Source: Myxococcota bacterium
GTDB taxonomy: Bacteria > Myxococcota_A > UBA796 > CAJQPC01
DNA length: 40,344 bases
NCBI GenBank assembly: GCA_036012755.1
Contig: DASCPX010000105.1
Coordinates: forward strand, 1-40,344
Direction of reading: 5' to 3'
Shown here: positions 9,584-18,126 of the stretch, one piece after another
How the letters are laid out: each line of letters opens with the position of its first letter
Numbering within the stretch: the first letter of the stretch is position 1
Notes under the pieces: model-generated
The model's database searches: none
Told to the model about the DNA's origin: nothing
The model's input: only the letters and a program-made list of their open reading frames with translations
Program-made: the position numbers and the translations under genes

Positions 9584-11434
9584 GTGATCCCCCTTCTTGT
9601 CAGCCTCGCCTACGCCGACGACCTCTGGCAGCTCGAGCTGTCCCGGGCTCCTGTCGCCGAGTTCGCCCCCCACCTGAGCTCCGAGGACGCCGGCGAGCGC
9701 GCCCGCGCCGCCCTGGCCCTGGGCCGGCTCACCGACGAGGACGCCCTGGTCCCGCTCGCGACCCTGGTCACCGATCCGGAGGCCGAGGTCCGAGCCAACG
9801 CCGCCTTCGCGCTCGGACTCACCCCGGGCGGAGACGCGCTCATCAGGGCCGCCCTGGAGGGCGAAGGCGACGAGAGGGTGCGCGAGCGCCTGGTCCTCGG
9901 GCTGGGCCTGCACCCAGACGTCCTGAACCTGGGTCTGCTGCAAGCAGCCCTCGGTGCGAGCCCCGGCGAGGCCCGCGCGGCCGGCGTCGCCCTCGGCAAG
10001 TACGCGAGGGCGGAGGTCGAAGGGGTCGACGACGACGAGATCATCGCGGCCCTGACCGCCTCGATGGAGCGCCTGCTCGACACCGAGCCGCGGCAGACCG
10101 CCGCCTTCGCCATCGCCCGCATCAACCCAGAGGACCCACCCGACCTCGCCGCGCTCCGGCATCGCGCCCGAACCGACCGGGACCCCGTCGTCCGGGCCTT
10201 CCTGGTCCGCGGCTTGACGGCAGCCAGCGAAGCCGACGGCTACGACCTGCTCGGTCCAGCATCCCGGGACCCGGATGTCGGCGTGCGCGTCGCCGCAGGC
10301 CGCGGGCTGTCGAAGCTCGGCATGCCCGAAGAGCCGACCAGGCGCCTGCTGTCCGACCCGTCCGAGCAGGTGCGGATGGCCGCGATCGAGGGACTCGCCA
10401 GCGAGGACGCGATCGACCTGCTCCTGCCCCTGCTGAGCGAGGACAACCCGCGCATCGTGGCGACGGTTGTGCGCTCGCTGTCGGCCGCCGGCTGGGAGGA
10501 CCACCTCCGCGACGCCCTCGCCCACGAGGACGCCGGCGTGCGTGCGGCGGCGGTCGGAGGCCTGACAGAGGTCGACCAGCTCGTGCGTCTGGCCAACCGC
10601 GGTGAGGAGGCCCGCATCCGGACAGCCGCTGCCAGCCGCCTGCTCGAGCTGGAGGAGCGCGGGGCCGCTCCCGCGCTCCTCGAGGCCAGCGACCCGGCCG
10701 TCGTCGGGGTCGGCCTGATGCTCCTGAAGGACTCCCCGAGCGCCGAGGACCTGGACCTGGCGCTCGAGGCGATGTCCGGCGCCACGGACCTCGACATCCT
10801 CCGCGAGGGGCTGGGGGTCGTCGCCAACGCAGTACCCGAGCTGCGAGATCCCCCCCCCGAGGCCGGTCTCGTCGTGCGACGTGCCCTGGCCTCCCCCAGC
10901 CACAGCGTGCGCGTGGCCGCGGGGCCCGCCGCAGAGGCGCTGGGCATGGACTACGTCGAGCCCTGGCCCCTGAAGCTGCCCGAGCTGGAGGACGTCGAGC
11001 GCATCGTCAGCGCACGCATCCTGACGGACAGCGGCGAGATCCGCGTTCGCTTCCGCACCGAGGTGGCCCCCTACACGGTCTGGAACTTCGCGAAGCTCGC
11101 CGACGACGACTTCTTCGACGGCCTCGCCTTCCACCGGGTCGTGCCCGACTTCGTCATCCAGGATGGCTGCCCCCGGGGTGACGGCTGGGGCGGCCCCGCC
11201 TGGTCGATCCCGGATGAGCTCTCCTGGCTGCCCTATGACGAGGGTGTCCTCGGCATGGCGCTGTCCGGACCGGACACGGGGGGCTCCCAGTGGTTCCTCA
11301 CCCTCTCGCCACAGCCACACCTCGATGGTGCCTACACGGTGTTCGGAGACCTCGACGTGGGTCAGGGTGTGATGCAGTCCGTGCACGAGGGCACGGTCAT
11401 CGAGGACGTCGTGATCGAACGGCTGCCGCGCTAG
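9584..11434 (+). CDS. Exported HEAT-repeat protein with C-terminal cyclophilin-type peptidyl-prolyl isomerase
   Basis: Repeated D-x-x-x-x-V-R-x-x-A-A-x-x-L-G HEAT units; C-terminal APYTVWNF, FFDGLAFHRVVPDFVIQDGCP, GMALSGPDTGGSQWF, HLDGAYTVFG; short signal peptide (V)IPLLVSLAYA; start GTG 9584. Confidence 0.9.
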   Translation: MIPLLVSLAYADDLWQLELSRAPVAEFAPHLSSEDAGERARAALALGRLTDEDALVPLATLVTDPEAEVRANAAFALGLTPGGDALIRAALEGEGDERVRERLVLGLGLHPDVLNLGLLQAALGASPGEARAAGVALGKYARAEVEGVDDDEIIAALTASMERLLDTEPRQTAAFAIARINPEDPPDLAALRHRARTDRDPVVRAFLVRGLTAASEADGYDLLGPASRDPDVGVRVAAGRGLSKLGMPEEPTRRLLSDPSEQVRMAAIEGLASEDAIDLLLPLLSEDNPRIVATVVRSLSAAGWEDHLRDALAHEDAGVRAAAVGGLTEVDQLVRLANRGEEARIRTAAASRLLELEERGAAPALLEASDPAVVGVGLMLLKDSPSAEDLDLALEAMSGATDLDILREGLGVVANAVPELRDPPPEAGLVVRRALASPSHSVRVAAGPAAEALGMDYVEPWPLKLPELEDVERIVSARILTDSGEIRVRFRTEVAPYTVWNFAKLADDDFFDGLAFHRVVPDFVIQDGCPRGDGWGGPAWSIPDELSWLPYDEGVLGMALSGPDTGGSQWFLTLSPQPHLDGAYTVFGDLDVGQGVMQSVHEGTVIEDVVIERLPR

Positions 11435-11491
11435 TGCGCGCGTTCCGAAGTCCTTGATGGGTCGCAGGCATCGCCTGACGCGTGCACTGGC

Positions 11492-11526
11492 GGCCCGCGT
11501 GAGCGGGCCCGGGCGCGGAGCGCCCG
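11492..11526. terminator. Tandem GC-rich hairpins between convergent genes (possible bidirectional terminator)
   Basis: GGCCCGC-GTGA-GCGGGCC (11492-11509) directly followed by CGGGCGC-GGA-GCGCCCG (11510-11526); no U-tract. Confidence 0.45.
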
Positions 11527-11533
11527 CGGGGCA

Positions 11534-12556
11534 CTAGCCGAGACCCCGCCGGATCTCCCCCGCGAGGTCCTTCTGCACCGCCTTTCCGGCGACCTTCAGG
11601 GCGTTGCGAACGGCGCGTCCGTTGCTTCGCCCGTGGGCCTTGATGACCGGCCTGTCGAAGCCGAGCACGGGCGCCCCGCCGTACTGCTTCCAGTCGGTCA
11701 TCGTCCGGATCTGCCTGAGGCCCTGGGAGAGCATCGTCAGGCCGAGGCGCCAGAGGAACTTGCGCGCGTAGGCGTCTCGGGCGATGTCCGAGACGACCTC
11801 GCTGACGCCCTCCAGCATCTTGAGCACGACGTTTCCGAGGAAGCCCTCGCAGACGACCACATCGACAGTTCCGCGCGGGATGTCGAGGCCCTCGATGTTG
11901 CCGACGAACTCCACCGCCGCGCTCTCTCGCAACAGCGCGTTTGCCTCGACGATGCTCGGGGTCCCCTTGTTCGGCTCCGTGCCGTTGCTCAGCAGGGCGA
12001 CCCGCGGGCGGCCGATGTCCGAGACGATGCGGGAGTAGGCAGAGCCCATGACCGCAAAGCCGACGAGGTCCTCGGCCGTGCAGTTCAAGGTCGCGCCGAC
12101 GTCCAGTATGAGCGCGAAGGGGTCGTCGCGGGGCCCATGGCGCGCCTCGGTCGGGTAGACCGCGGCGAGCGCAGCCCGACGGATGCCGGGGAGTCGCTCG
12201 AAGGTCCGGGCCGCCGCGAGGATGACCGCGCCCGTGTTGCCAGCGCTGACGAGCGCGTCCGCGTCACCGTCGGAGACCAGCCCCGCCGCGACCAGCACGC
12301 TGCATCCTGGCTGCTCGTCGAGGACCTCGTTCGGTTTGCAGTCCATGGGGACGAACCCCTCGGCGTGCACGACCGCCAGTCGCGCCGGGTCGTAGCGCTG
12401 GCCTGCCAGGTGCTCCGTGATCTCGGCCTCGTGGCCGACGAGGAGGACGTGCAGACCGTCGTCCTCGCGCGAGATCTGGGCCGCACCCTCGACGATGGGG
12501 AGGGACCCGCCGTCACTACCCATGGCGTCGAGCGCGATGGTGACAGGTTGGCTCAT
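11534..12556 (-). CDS. plsX: Phosphate acyltransferase PlsX
   Basis: IALDAMGSD, VSAGNTGA, LDVGA, NGTEPNKG, FVGNIEG, VVVCEGFLGNVVLKMLEG, YGGAPVLG, IKAHGRS. Confidence 0.93.
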   Translation of the reverse strand: MSQPVTIALDAMGSDGGSLPIVEGAAQISREDDGLHVLLVGHEAEITEHLAGQRYDPARLAVVHAEGFVPMDCKPNEVLDEQPGCSVLVAAGLVSDGDADALVSAGNTGAVILAAARTFERLPGIRRAALAAVYPTEARHGPRDDPFALILDVGATLNCTAEDLVGFAVMGSAYSRIVSDIGRPRVALLSNGTEPNKGTPSIVEANALLRESAAVEFVGNIEGLDIPRGTVDVVVCEGFLGNVVLKMLEGVSEVVSDIARDAYARKFLWRLGLTMLSQGLRQIRTMTDWKQYGGAPVLGFDRPVIKAHGRSNGRAVRNALKVAGKAVQKDLAGEIRRGLG

Positions 12557-14148
12557 CGAACCTCCGCCGGCGTGACCCGATGGGGGAGGCCACCGAGTGT
12601 CATCACCGTCACGGCGTGCTTGCCGTCACCGTCCTCGTCACAGACACTCCGCGCCGTGTAGCCCTCGAGGCTCAGCTCCACTGCGTAGCGACAGGCGGTC
12701 TGCATCGAGCCGATGCCGAGCTCCGGGATCCCCTCCCACTCGACCACCTCCGAGTCCAGCTCGGCGACCCCCCGAGGGCCGCCCCGATAGGGCAAGTAGT
12801 GCCCCCGCTCGTCGTAGGCCTTCTGCTCGGCGTCGGCGATGCTCATGAGCACCGACAGCGCCTCGGTCGAGGGCGGGTGACCGATGGGATCGTCGGACTT
12901 CGGCGCGCGCTGCGCCACCATGGCGGCGACCCAGTGCTGGTAGCCGGGTGCGCTGATGGTGAATCGAAGCGCCTCCCCCTCGTCTCGAAGGTGGAGGTCG
13001 AAGGAGGGCAGCGAGTCCCCCGCCAGTTCAGACCGTCCAGCAGCGAAGAGGGCGGCGCGGATGGCCTCCGAGTTGACAAAGACGCTGACACCAGGGTCCT
13101 CGGCCGAGGTCCCCTCTCCCCACAGCGTGCCCTGCCCCTCGAGCCAGCCGAGCACGCGAGCGGGGTTCGTCGCAGCGGCCAGGTGGCGGCCCTTGGCACC
13201 AACGAAGAGCGGGGTGCCGTCGTCGGCCTGGACCACGAGGACGCCGTCCGCGCCCAAGGTGCCCTTGCCCTCGCGTTCCATCCTCTTCAGGACCCGACTC
13301 GCCTTTCGAGGCCGCAACAGCGGCGCGACCAACAGGAAGTCGATGGACTCGGTGTCGGCCCAGAGGGCGCCCTCCGCACCGGGCTGGAAGCGCAGGCCCG
13401 AGTCCTCCAGCTCCTCGACCATGGCGCCTAGACTGGCCTGCAGCCCCTGGCCATCGGCCCAGGTGCCCACCAGGTCGTGGATGTCCACGTTGAGGCGGGC
13501 ATAGAGGTCGGGCTCTGTGGTGGACCGCAGCGACGGGGCCTCCGGTGGAGACCGGTCCACCAGGGTTCGATCGGCGGCGTCGAAGGCGCTCCCGTAGACC
13601 AGTCCACTGACGACCTCTCCGCCCCGGGGAGTGAGGAGGAGCACGATCTCCCCAGCCGTCGGCGTGCGCAGCCCGCCCGCGAACACGCAGGTCTCGCCGA
13701 GACCCTCCGCTCGCTCCAGATCGCTGAGGCCGACCGAACCGAGCGCCTCGAGGGGGCTGTCCGCTGACGTCGGCGTCCACGCCCGGACCTCGCCCCGGTC
13801 GCCCAGGGTGGTTTGGGCGACGAGGTTCCCACCGGAGTCCTCCCAGCGTCCCTCGCGGTGGATCCAGCCCTCGGCGTCCAGTCGGTGGCGCTCCGACTCC
13901 AGCCACCCCTCGGCATCGATCAGCCCGGAGGACAGGACGATCGCGACCCCTCCCGGCCCCGGCATCATCGCGACGTGGAAGGGCGCCGCCGCATCGAGGT
14001 GCTCCGCGAAGGGGGTCGCTGACAGGAGCTCCAGCCCCTGGGCCGCGCGGGGGCAGGTCATCACGAAGGCGGGTGGAGCGTCGAGGGAGGTGAGGAAGTC
14101 GATGGCACCGTCATCCGCGTGGGACAACGACAGCAGTGCCAGGAGCAT
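12553..14148 (-). CDS. Exported hypothetical protein with C-terminal type IV pilin-like globular segment
   Basis: Short signal peptide MLLALLSLSHA; C-terminal EALSVLMSIADAEQKAYDERGHY...CRYAV...YTARSVCDEDGDG resembles deltaproteobacterial PilA head domains; 4-nt overlap with the plsX start. Confidence 0.65.
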   Translation of the reverse strand: MLLALLSLSHADDGAIDFLTSLDAPPAFVMTCPRAAQGLELLSATPFAEHLDAAAPFHVAMMPGPGGVAIVLSSGLIDAEGWLESERHRLDAEGWIHREGRWEDSGGNLVAQTTLGDRGEVRAWTPTSADSPLEALGSVGLSDLERAEGLGETCVFAGGLRTPTAGEIVLLLTPRGGEVVSGLVYGSAFDAADRTLVDRSPPEAPSLRSTTEPDLYARLNVDIHDLVGTWADGQGLQASLGAMVEELEDSGLRFQPGAEGALWADTESIDFLLVAPLLRPRKASRVLKRMEREGKGTLGADGVLVVQADDGTPLFVGAKGRHLAAATNPARVLGWLEGQGTLWGEGTSAEDPGVSVFVNSEAIRAALFAAGRSELAGDSLPSFDLHLRDEGEALRFTISAPGYQHWVAAMVAQRAPKSDDPIGHPPSTEALSVLMSIADAEQKAYDERGHYLPYRGGPRGVAELDSEVVEWEGIPELGIGSMQTACRYAVELSLEGYTARSVCDEDGDGKHAVTVMTLGGLPHRVTPAEVR

Positions 14149-14154
14149 CCTCGA

Positions 14155-14160
14155 AGCCTA
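14155..14160 (-). promoter_or_regulatory. Putative -10 element (TAGGCT) of a leaderless transcript
   Basis: TAnnnT 6 nt upstream of ATG 14148; its TAG is the stop codon of the upstream gene. Confidence 0.5.
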
Positions 14161-14895
14161 CCCTTCCTCCTCCTCCGGCGCGGGCAGGAGGATGTAGCCG
14201 CTCCGCAGGTCGCCGAGGAAGGCACAGGCCTCTGGACCCCGGAGGTCGAGGAAGGCGGCGATGTAGCCCGAGAGCACGGCGTCGAGCTTGCCCTCGAGCT
14301 CCCCGAGGCGGGAGCCGTTGAGGTCGGAGAGGTCGACGTTCACCAACTCATCGAGTGAGTCGCTGTCCTCGAGCTCCGGGTCGCAGAAGGGGAGCTTCCC
14401 GTAGATCAGCTCCCGGTAGCGGTTCGCCGCGTCCTTTCGTGCGCCGATGGGCCCCGACTTGATGCGCATCGGACGCTCCAGGTCGAAGAGGATGATCTGG
14501 GCGGGCTGGGCCGCGGTCTCGATGATGCGATCGTGCTCGCTCTGTGGGTCCGGGTCGAAGCCCATTCGCTGGAGAGAGCGCCCGATGGTGCGAGGGTGCG
14601 AGGAGTTCACGGTGTTCGCCGCATACTCATCGACGAAGAAGCGTCCAAAGTGGTGGGCCAGCTGCTGATCGACCGGCCGTCGGCCGCTGCTGTTCTCGAC
14701 GATGATCGGAGCGTTCACAGAGAGGATGGCGCCGCCGCGCCCGCGGTTCCGCGCCACCCAGCTCAGTACGTCCTCGTGTGCCCGGAGGTGTGCGGTGGAT
14801 GCGACCTTGACGGTTCCGTCCCCCGTCGGCTCGAGCACCGCTCCGGCAGAGGAGGAGCGGGGGGCCCAGGCCAGATCCAGTCCGAGATAGCGCAT
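14158..14895 (-). CDS. DUF429-family predicted RNase H-like nuclease
   Basis: YLGLDLAW N-terminal strand, NAPIIVENSSGRRPVD, IIETAAQPA, LDAVLSGYIA and FLGDLRSGYILLP match the DUF429 layout. Confidence 0.75.
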   Translation of the reverse strand: MRYLGLDLAWAPRSSSAGAVLEPTGDGTVKVASTAHLRAHEDVLSWVARNRGRGGAILSVNAPIIVENSSGRRPVDQQLAHHFGRFFVDEYAANTVNSSHPRTIGRSLQRMGFDPDPQSEHDRIIETAAQPAQIILFDLERPMRIKSGPIGARKDAANRYRELIYGKLPFCDPELEDSDSLDELVNVDLSDLNGSRLGELEGKLDAVLSGYIAAFLDLRGPEACAFLGDLRSGYILLPAPEEEEG

Positions 14896-14918
14896 TGTCC
14901 TGTCGGTTCTCCATCCGA

Positions 14919-14939
14919 GGCGTCGGTTGCCTCGACGCC
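14919..14939. other. Intergenic hairpin between the kinase and DUF429 genes
   Basis: GGCGTCG-GTTGCCT-CGACGCC, 7-bp perfect stem; role unknown. Confidence 0.35.
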
Positions 14940-14949
14940 CCCTAACCGT

Positions 14950-17900
14950 TCACCGCCGACGGCCAAGCGCCCACCTCACCTCTCGTCTGGACTGGAAGAC
15001 CTCCGACAGCGCTCCAGAGCATGTCCTGCCCATTCGCGTCACGAGGCGAGCCGCTTCGCGCTGGAGCGCGCTCCCGCCCGCAGCGTGGAGGGTCTCCAGC
15101 AACAACGGGGCGTCTCCGACCGCGCGGGCCTCCTCCACCGCCGCCCCCAGGATGTCGGCGTCGCCCAGCTTGCCCGCTTCGAGCAGGACGCGCGCAAGGG
15201 CTCGCCGCTCACCGAGGCCATCGAGCTCCTCGACGGCGTGGGCGACGTCCCGACCCTGCCCGCGAAGGACCGCGACGAGACCGGCGTACTCGGCCTCCCG
15301 CCCTCGCCAGCAAGCGGCCTTCGCCTCGTCGTGGACACGGTTCGCCGCTGCGAGGGCTGCCGCGCGATCCCCGAGGGCGAGCTGGCAGCGAATGCGCGTG
15401 TCGAGCCACTCGACCCGCGATCGCATCGGCGCCTCCGGACTGCCGGCGACCCAGTGGCCCTCGAGCTCGTTGAGCGCCTCGGCGGCATCCCCCGCGCCCA
15501 CCAGGACACGGGCACGGGCCACCCCGGCAAACGCCACCTCGAAGGGATTCTCGGCGCTCCTGGCGACCCGGCCGGCCTCCGCCGCGGTCTCCCAGGCCCG
15601 GTCGAGCAAGCCCTCCCGGACCTCGAGTTCGGACAGATCCGCGAGAGAACGCACCAGCCGCTGAGGGCTGCCCTCCCGGCGCAGCCAGCCGGCCTCCTGC
15701 CGGAGGTGGCGCAGGGCGTCACCGAGCCTGCCAGCGCCCGCGTAGATCGCGCCGATCCCACCATGGGCGAGCGCGGCCAGCTCGCGCTCTCCCGAGGCCA
15801 AGGCCTGGTCGACGACCTGGCGGTAGTCCTGTCCCGCCTGCCGCATCCGCCCCATCTGGGCGCGGCAGCGCGCCCGTAGCAACAGGGCGCGTGCTGCGAC
15901 GACGCCGTCACGCCCCTCCAGGACGGAGGTGCACTGCTCCTCGGCGCGGGTGAGCTCGCCCACCCGATACAGCGCCCGTGCCCTGGCCACACCGGCAGAC
16001 CCCGCCATGATGTCGAGTCCCTGGTCCTCGGCCAGGGAGCTGGCGGCGGCGAGAGCATCCAGAGCCTCGCGAGGGCGTCCGATCTGCATCGCGGCACGCC
16101 CGCGAATGAGCGCTGCCCGGGCGGCGGTGCGCGCATCGAGCTCACTGCCGAGGCTGGCCCGGAGGAGGACCGCTAGCGCGTCAGCGCTGCGCCCGCGCGC
16201 CTCGAGGAACTCTGAGAGCTCGACCAGCGCTCGCCCCGCCTCCGATGGCGCCGCTCCGTGGGCCCTGTGCCACGCGGCGCGCTCGACAGCCCAAGGCTCG
16301 CGTCGCCCGCCGAGGGCGAGGTGAAGCGCCTGGTGGACCTTGCACACGCGCGCGGGGCCGGCCTCCCGAAGAAGCACGGCGGCGAGCGCAGGCCTTCGGA
16401 TGCCCACCCAGCCACCCTCACGGGTCGCGAGGTGACGCTCTTCGAGCCGAAACGGCGCGAGCTCCGCATCTTCGATCCCCGCCGCCTGGAGGGAGAGACG
16501 CTCCGGGAGTGGGTTGCGGGCGACCGCCAGCAGCTCGAGGAGGCGCCGCTCATCCAGCTCGAGCTTGTCGAGACGGGTGCGGAAGATCATCGCCAGACCA
16601 CTGTCCTGGGTCATCCGGGCGCTCGGCGCCATCGTCCACGCCGGCTCGCCGCTGTCCGTGCGACCCTCGCAGCGCAGCACGCCGCGCCGGTAGAAGTCGC
16701 GCAGCGTGAAGACGACCGCGCCCGGAAGCCCACCTGTGAACTCGTGGATCCGACGGTCCTGGCCGGCTGGGACCCGGGGCGTTCCAAGCATTCCGGCGAT
16801 GAGCTCGCCGACCTCTGCTACCTCCAGGGCCCGCAACGGGACGACGTGTCCGGGGATGCCCTCCGCCGCGTGGAGCCCGGTGCAGAAGACCGAGACCAGC
16901 GGGCGCTGGAGCACTCGGATCAGGCTCGTCCGCCCACGCGCCGGCGACAGATCGATGCGCTCCACGACGACCGTCAGGGCGCCATCCCTCGTCAGGGTCT
17001 CGACGGCGATGGCCAGGGCCTCCGGATCTCCGGGGAGCGGACCCACCTCGGACTCCAGGGCGCGCCGAAGCCGACGCAGCGGGGCCATCGCTCCGCCCCG
17101 CCCGTCGCAGCGCAGCCCGAACACCCTATGTCCCCGTCCCTTCGCCAACTCCCAGGCCTCGCGGACCAGTCGACCGGCACCCATGCCCGGCTCGCCGACG
17201 ACCTGGAGAAAGCCCCCCTCCTCCAGGAGCGCCTCCAGCGCCCCCATCGCTGCCGCGCGGCCAGCGAGCGGCGGCCGCCTGAGGCCACGCGTGAAGTCCC
17301 GGTGACCCGTCAGGATCGCGCGGGCGAGCGTGGCGGTCTGGGGCCTGGAGGAGGGGTCCCGGGCCATCAGCTTCGTCACCAGATCAGCCAGGCGGAGGCT
17401 GGTCCCGGCAGGCAAGGCCGGCAGCTCGCCGCGGGTGTGGGCGTCGAGATAGCCAGCCGGTCCCCTCGCCTTGTAGGGACGCCGGCCCGCAAGGGACTCG
17501 AAGAGGGTCACGCCCAGCGCATAGAGGTCCGCGCGCTGGTCGCTCCCCGCACCCGCTATCTGCTCGGGGGCCATGTAGGCGTAGGTCCCGAGGACATCGC
17601 CGACCCCCACGTCCCCGGGCTCCTCGGGGTCACGAGCCAGACCCAGGTCCAGCAGCTTGACGCGCCCATCAGAGCAGAGGAACACGTTGCCCGCCTTCAC
17701 ATCTCGGTGGACGACCCCGCGAGCGTGGAGAAAAGCGAGGGTGTCCAGCAGGGACTCGGCGAGGGCCAATACCTCCTGCTCGGCGAGGGATCCCCTGGTG
17801 CGCAGGGCGTCGGAGAGCGCCACGCCGTCGAGCAACTCCAGGGCGAGGTAGGGGCGGGGTGGTCCTTCGCTGATCTCGTAGCAAGTGGGCAGTCCCGGGT

Positions 17901-18114
17901 GATCGAGCCGCTGCAGCATGCGCCCCTCGCGAAGGAACCTGCGCGCCACACCAGGGGCCGCGCTCGGGTCCCGGAGCACCTTGAGGGCAACCGCCTCGCC
18001 TGGCTCGAGCTCGCCGAGCTGCTCCTCGTCCTCCGGCAGCACACCGAGGAACACATCGGCCAGGCCACCCTGGCCGATCTTGCGCTGCACCGCGTACCGC
18101 CCGAAGCGAATCAC
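14950..18114 (-). CDS. Hanks-type Ser/Thr protein kinase fused to a degenerate STAND/AAA-like NTPase and TPR-like repeats
   Basis: IGQGGLADV, VALKVL, HRDVKAGN, DLGLA, YMAPEQ, DLYALG; then LAGR...GEPGMGAGRL P-loop-like segment and TGGLPG (GxP); Ala/Arg-rich helical repeats to the C-terminus. Confidence 0.9.
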   Translation of the reverse strand: MIRFGRYAVQRKIGQGGLADVFLGVLPEDEEQLGELEPGEAVALKVLRDPSAAPGVARRFLREGRMLQRLDHPGLPTCYEISEGPPRPYLALELLDGVALSDALRTRGSLAEQEVLALAESLLDTLAFLHARGVVHRDVKAGNVFLCSDGRVKLLDLGLARDPEEPGDVGVGDVLGTYAYMAPEQIAGAGSDQRADLYALGVTLFESLAGRRPYKARGPAGYLDAHTRGELPALPAGTSLRLADLVTKLMARDPSSRPQTATLARAILTGHRDFTRGLRRPPLAGRAAAMGALEALLEEGGFLQVVGEPGMGAGRLVREAWELAKGRGHRVFGLRCDGRGGAMAPLRRLRRALESEVGPLPGDPEALAIAVETLTRDGALTVVVERIDLSPARGRTSLIRVLQRPLVSVFCTGLHAAEGIPGHVVPLRALEVAEVGELIAGMLGTPRVPAGQDRRIHEFTGGLPGAVVFTLRDFYRRGVLRCEGRTDSGEPAWTMAPSARMTQDSGLAMIFRTRLDKLELDERRLLELLAVARNPLPERLSLQAAGIEDAELAPFRLEERHLATREGGWVGIRRPALAAVLLREAGPARVCKVHQALHLALGGRREPWAVERAAWHRAHGAAPSEAGRALVELSEFLEARGRSADALAVLLRASLGSELDARTAARAALIRGRAAMQIGRPREALDALAAASSLAEDQGLDIMAGSAGVARARALYRVGELTRAEEQCTSVLEGRDGVVAARALLLRARCRAQMGRMRQAGQDYRQVVDQALASGERELAALAHGGIGAIYAGAGRLGDALRHLRQEAGWLRREGSPQRLVRSLADLSELEVREGLLDRAWETAAEAGRVARSAENPFEVAFAGVARARVLVGAGDAAEALNELEGHWVAGSPEAPMRSRVEWLDTRIRCQLALGDRAAALAAANRVHDEAKAACWRGREAEYAGLVAVLRGQGRDVAHAVEELDGLGERRALARVLLEAGKLGDADILGAAVEEARAVGDAPLLLETLHAAGGSALQREAARLVTRMGRTCSGALSEVFQSRREVRWALGRRR

Positions 18115-18120
18115 GGGCCC

Positions 18121-18126
18121 AGTCTA
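18121..18126 (-). promoter_or_regulatory. Putative -10 element (TAGACT) of a leaderless transcript
   Basis: TAnnnT 6 nt upstream of GTG 18114; no SD; its TAG is the stop codon of the upstream hydrolase gene. Confidence 0.5.

Noticed and set aside
9050..11434. Two long overlapping opposite-strand ORFs (778 and 793 aa)
   Set aside because: Each is a real gene extended by the antisense shadow of the other; trimmed to 9050-9565 (-) and 9584-11434 (+) they do not overlap.
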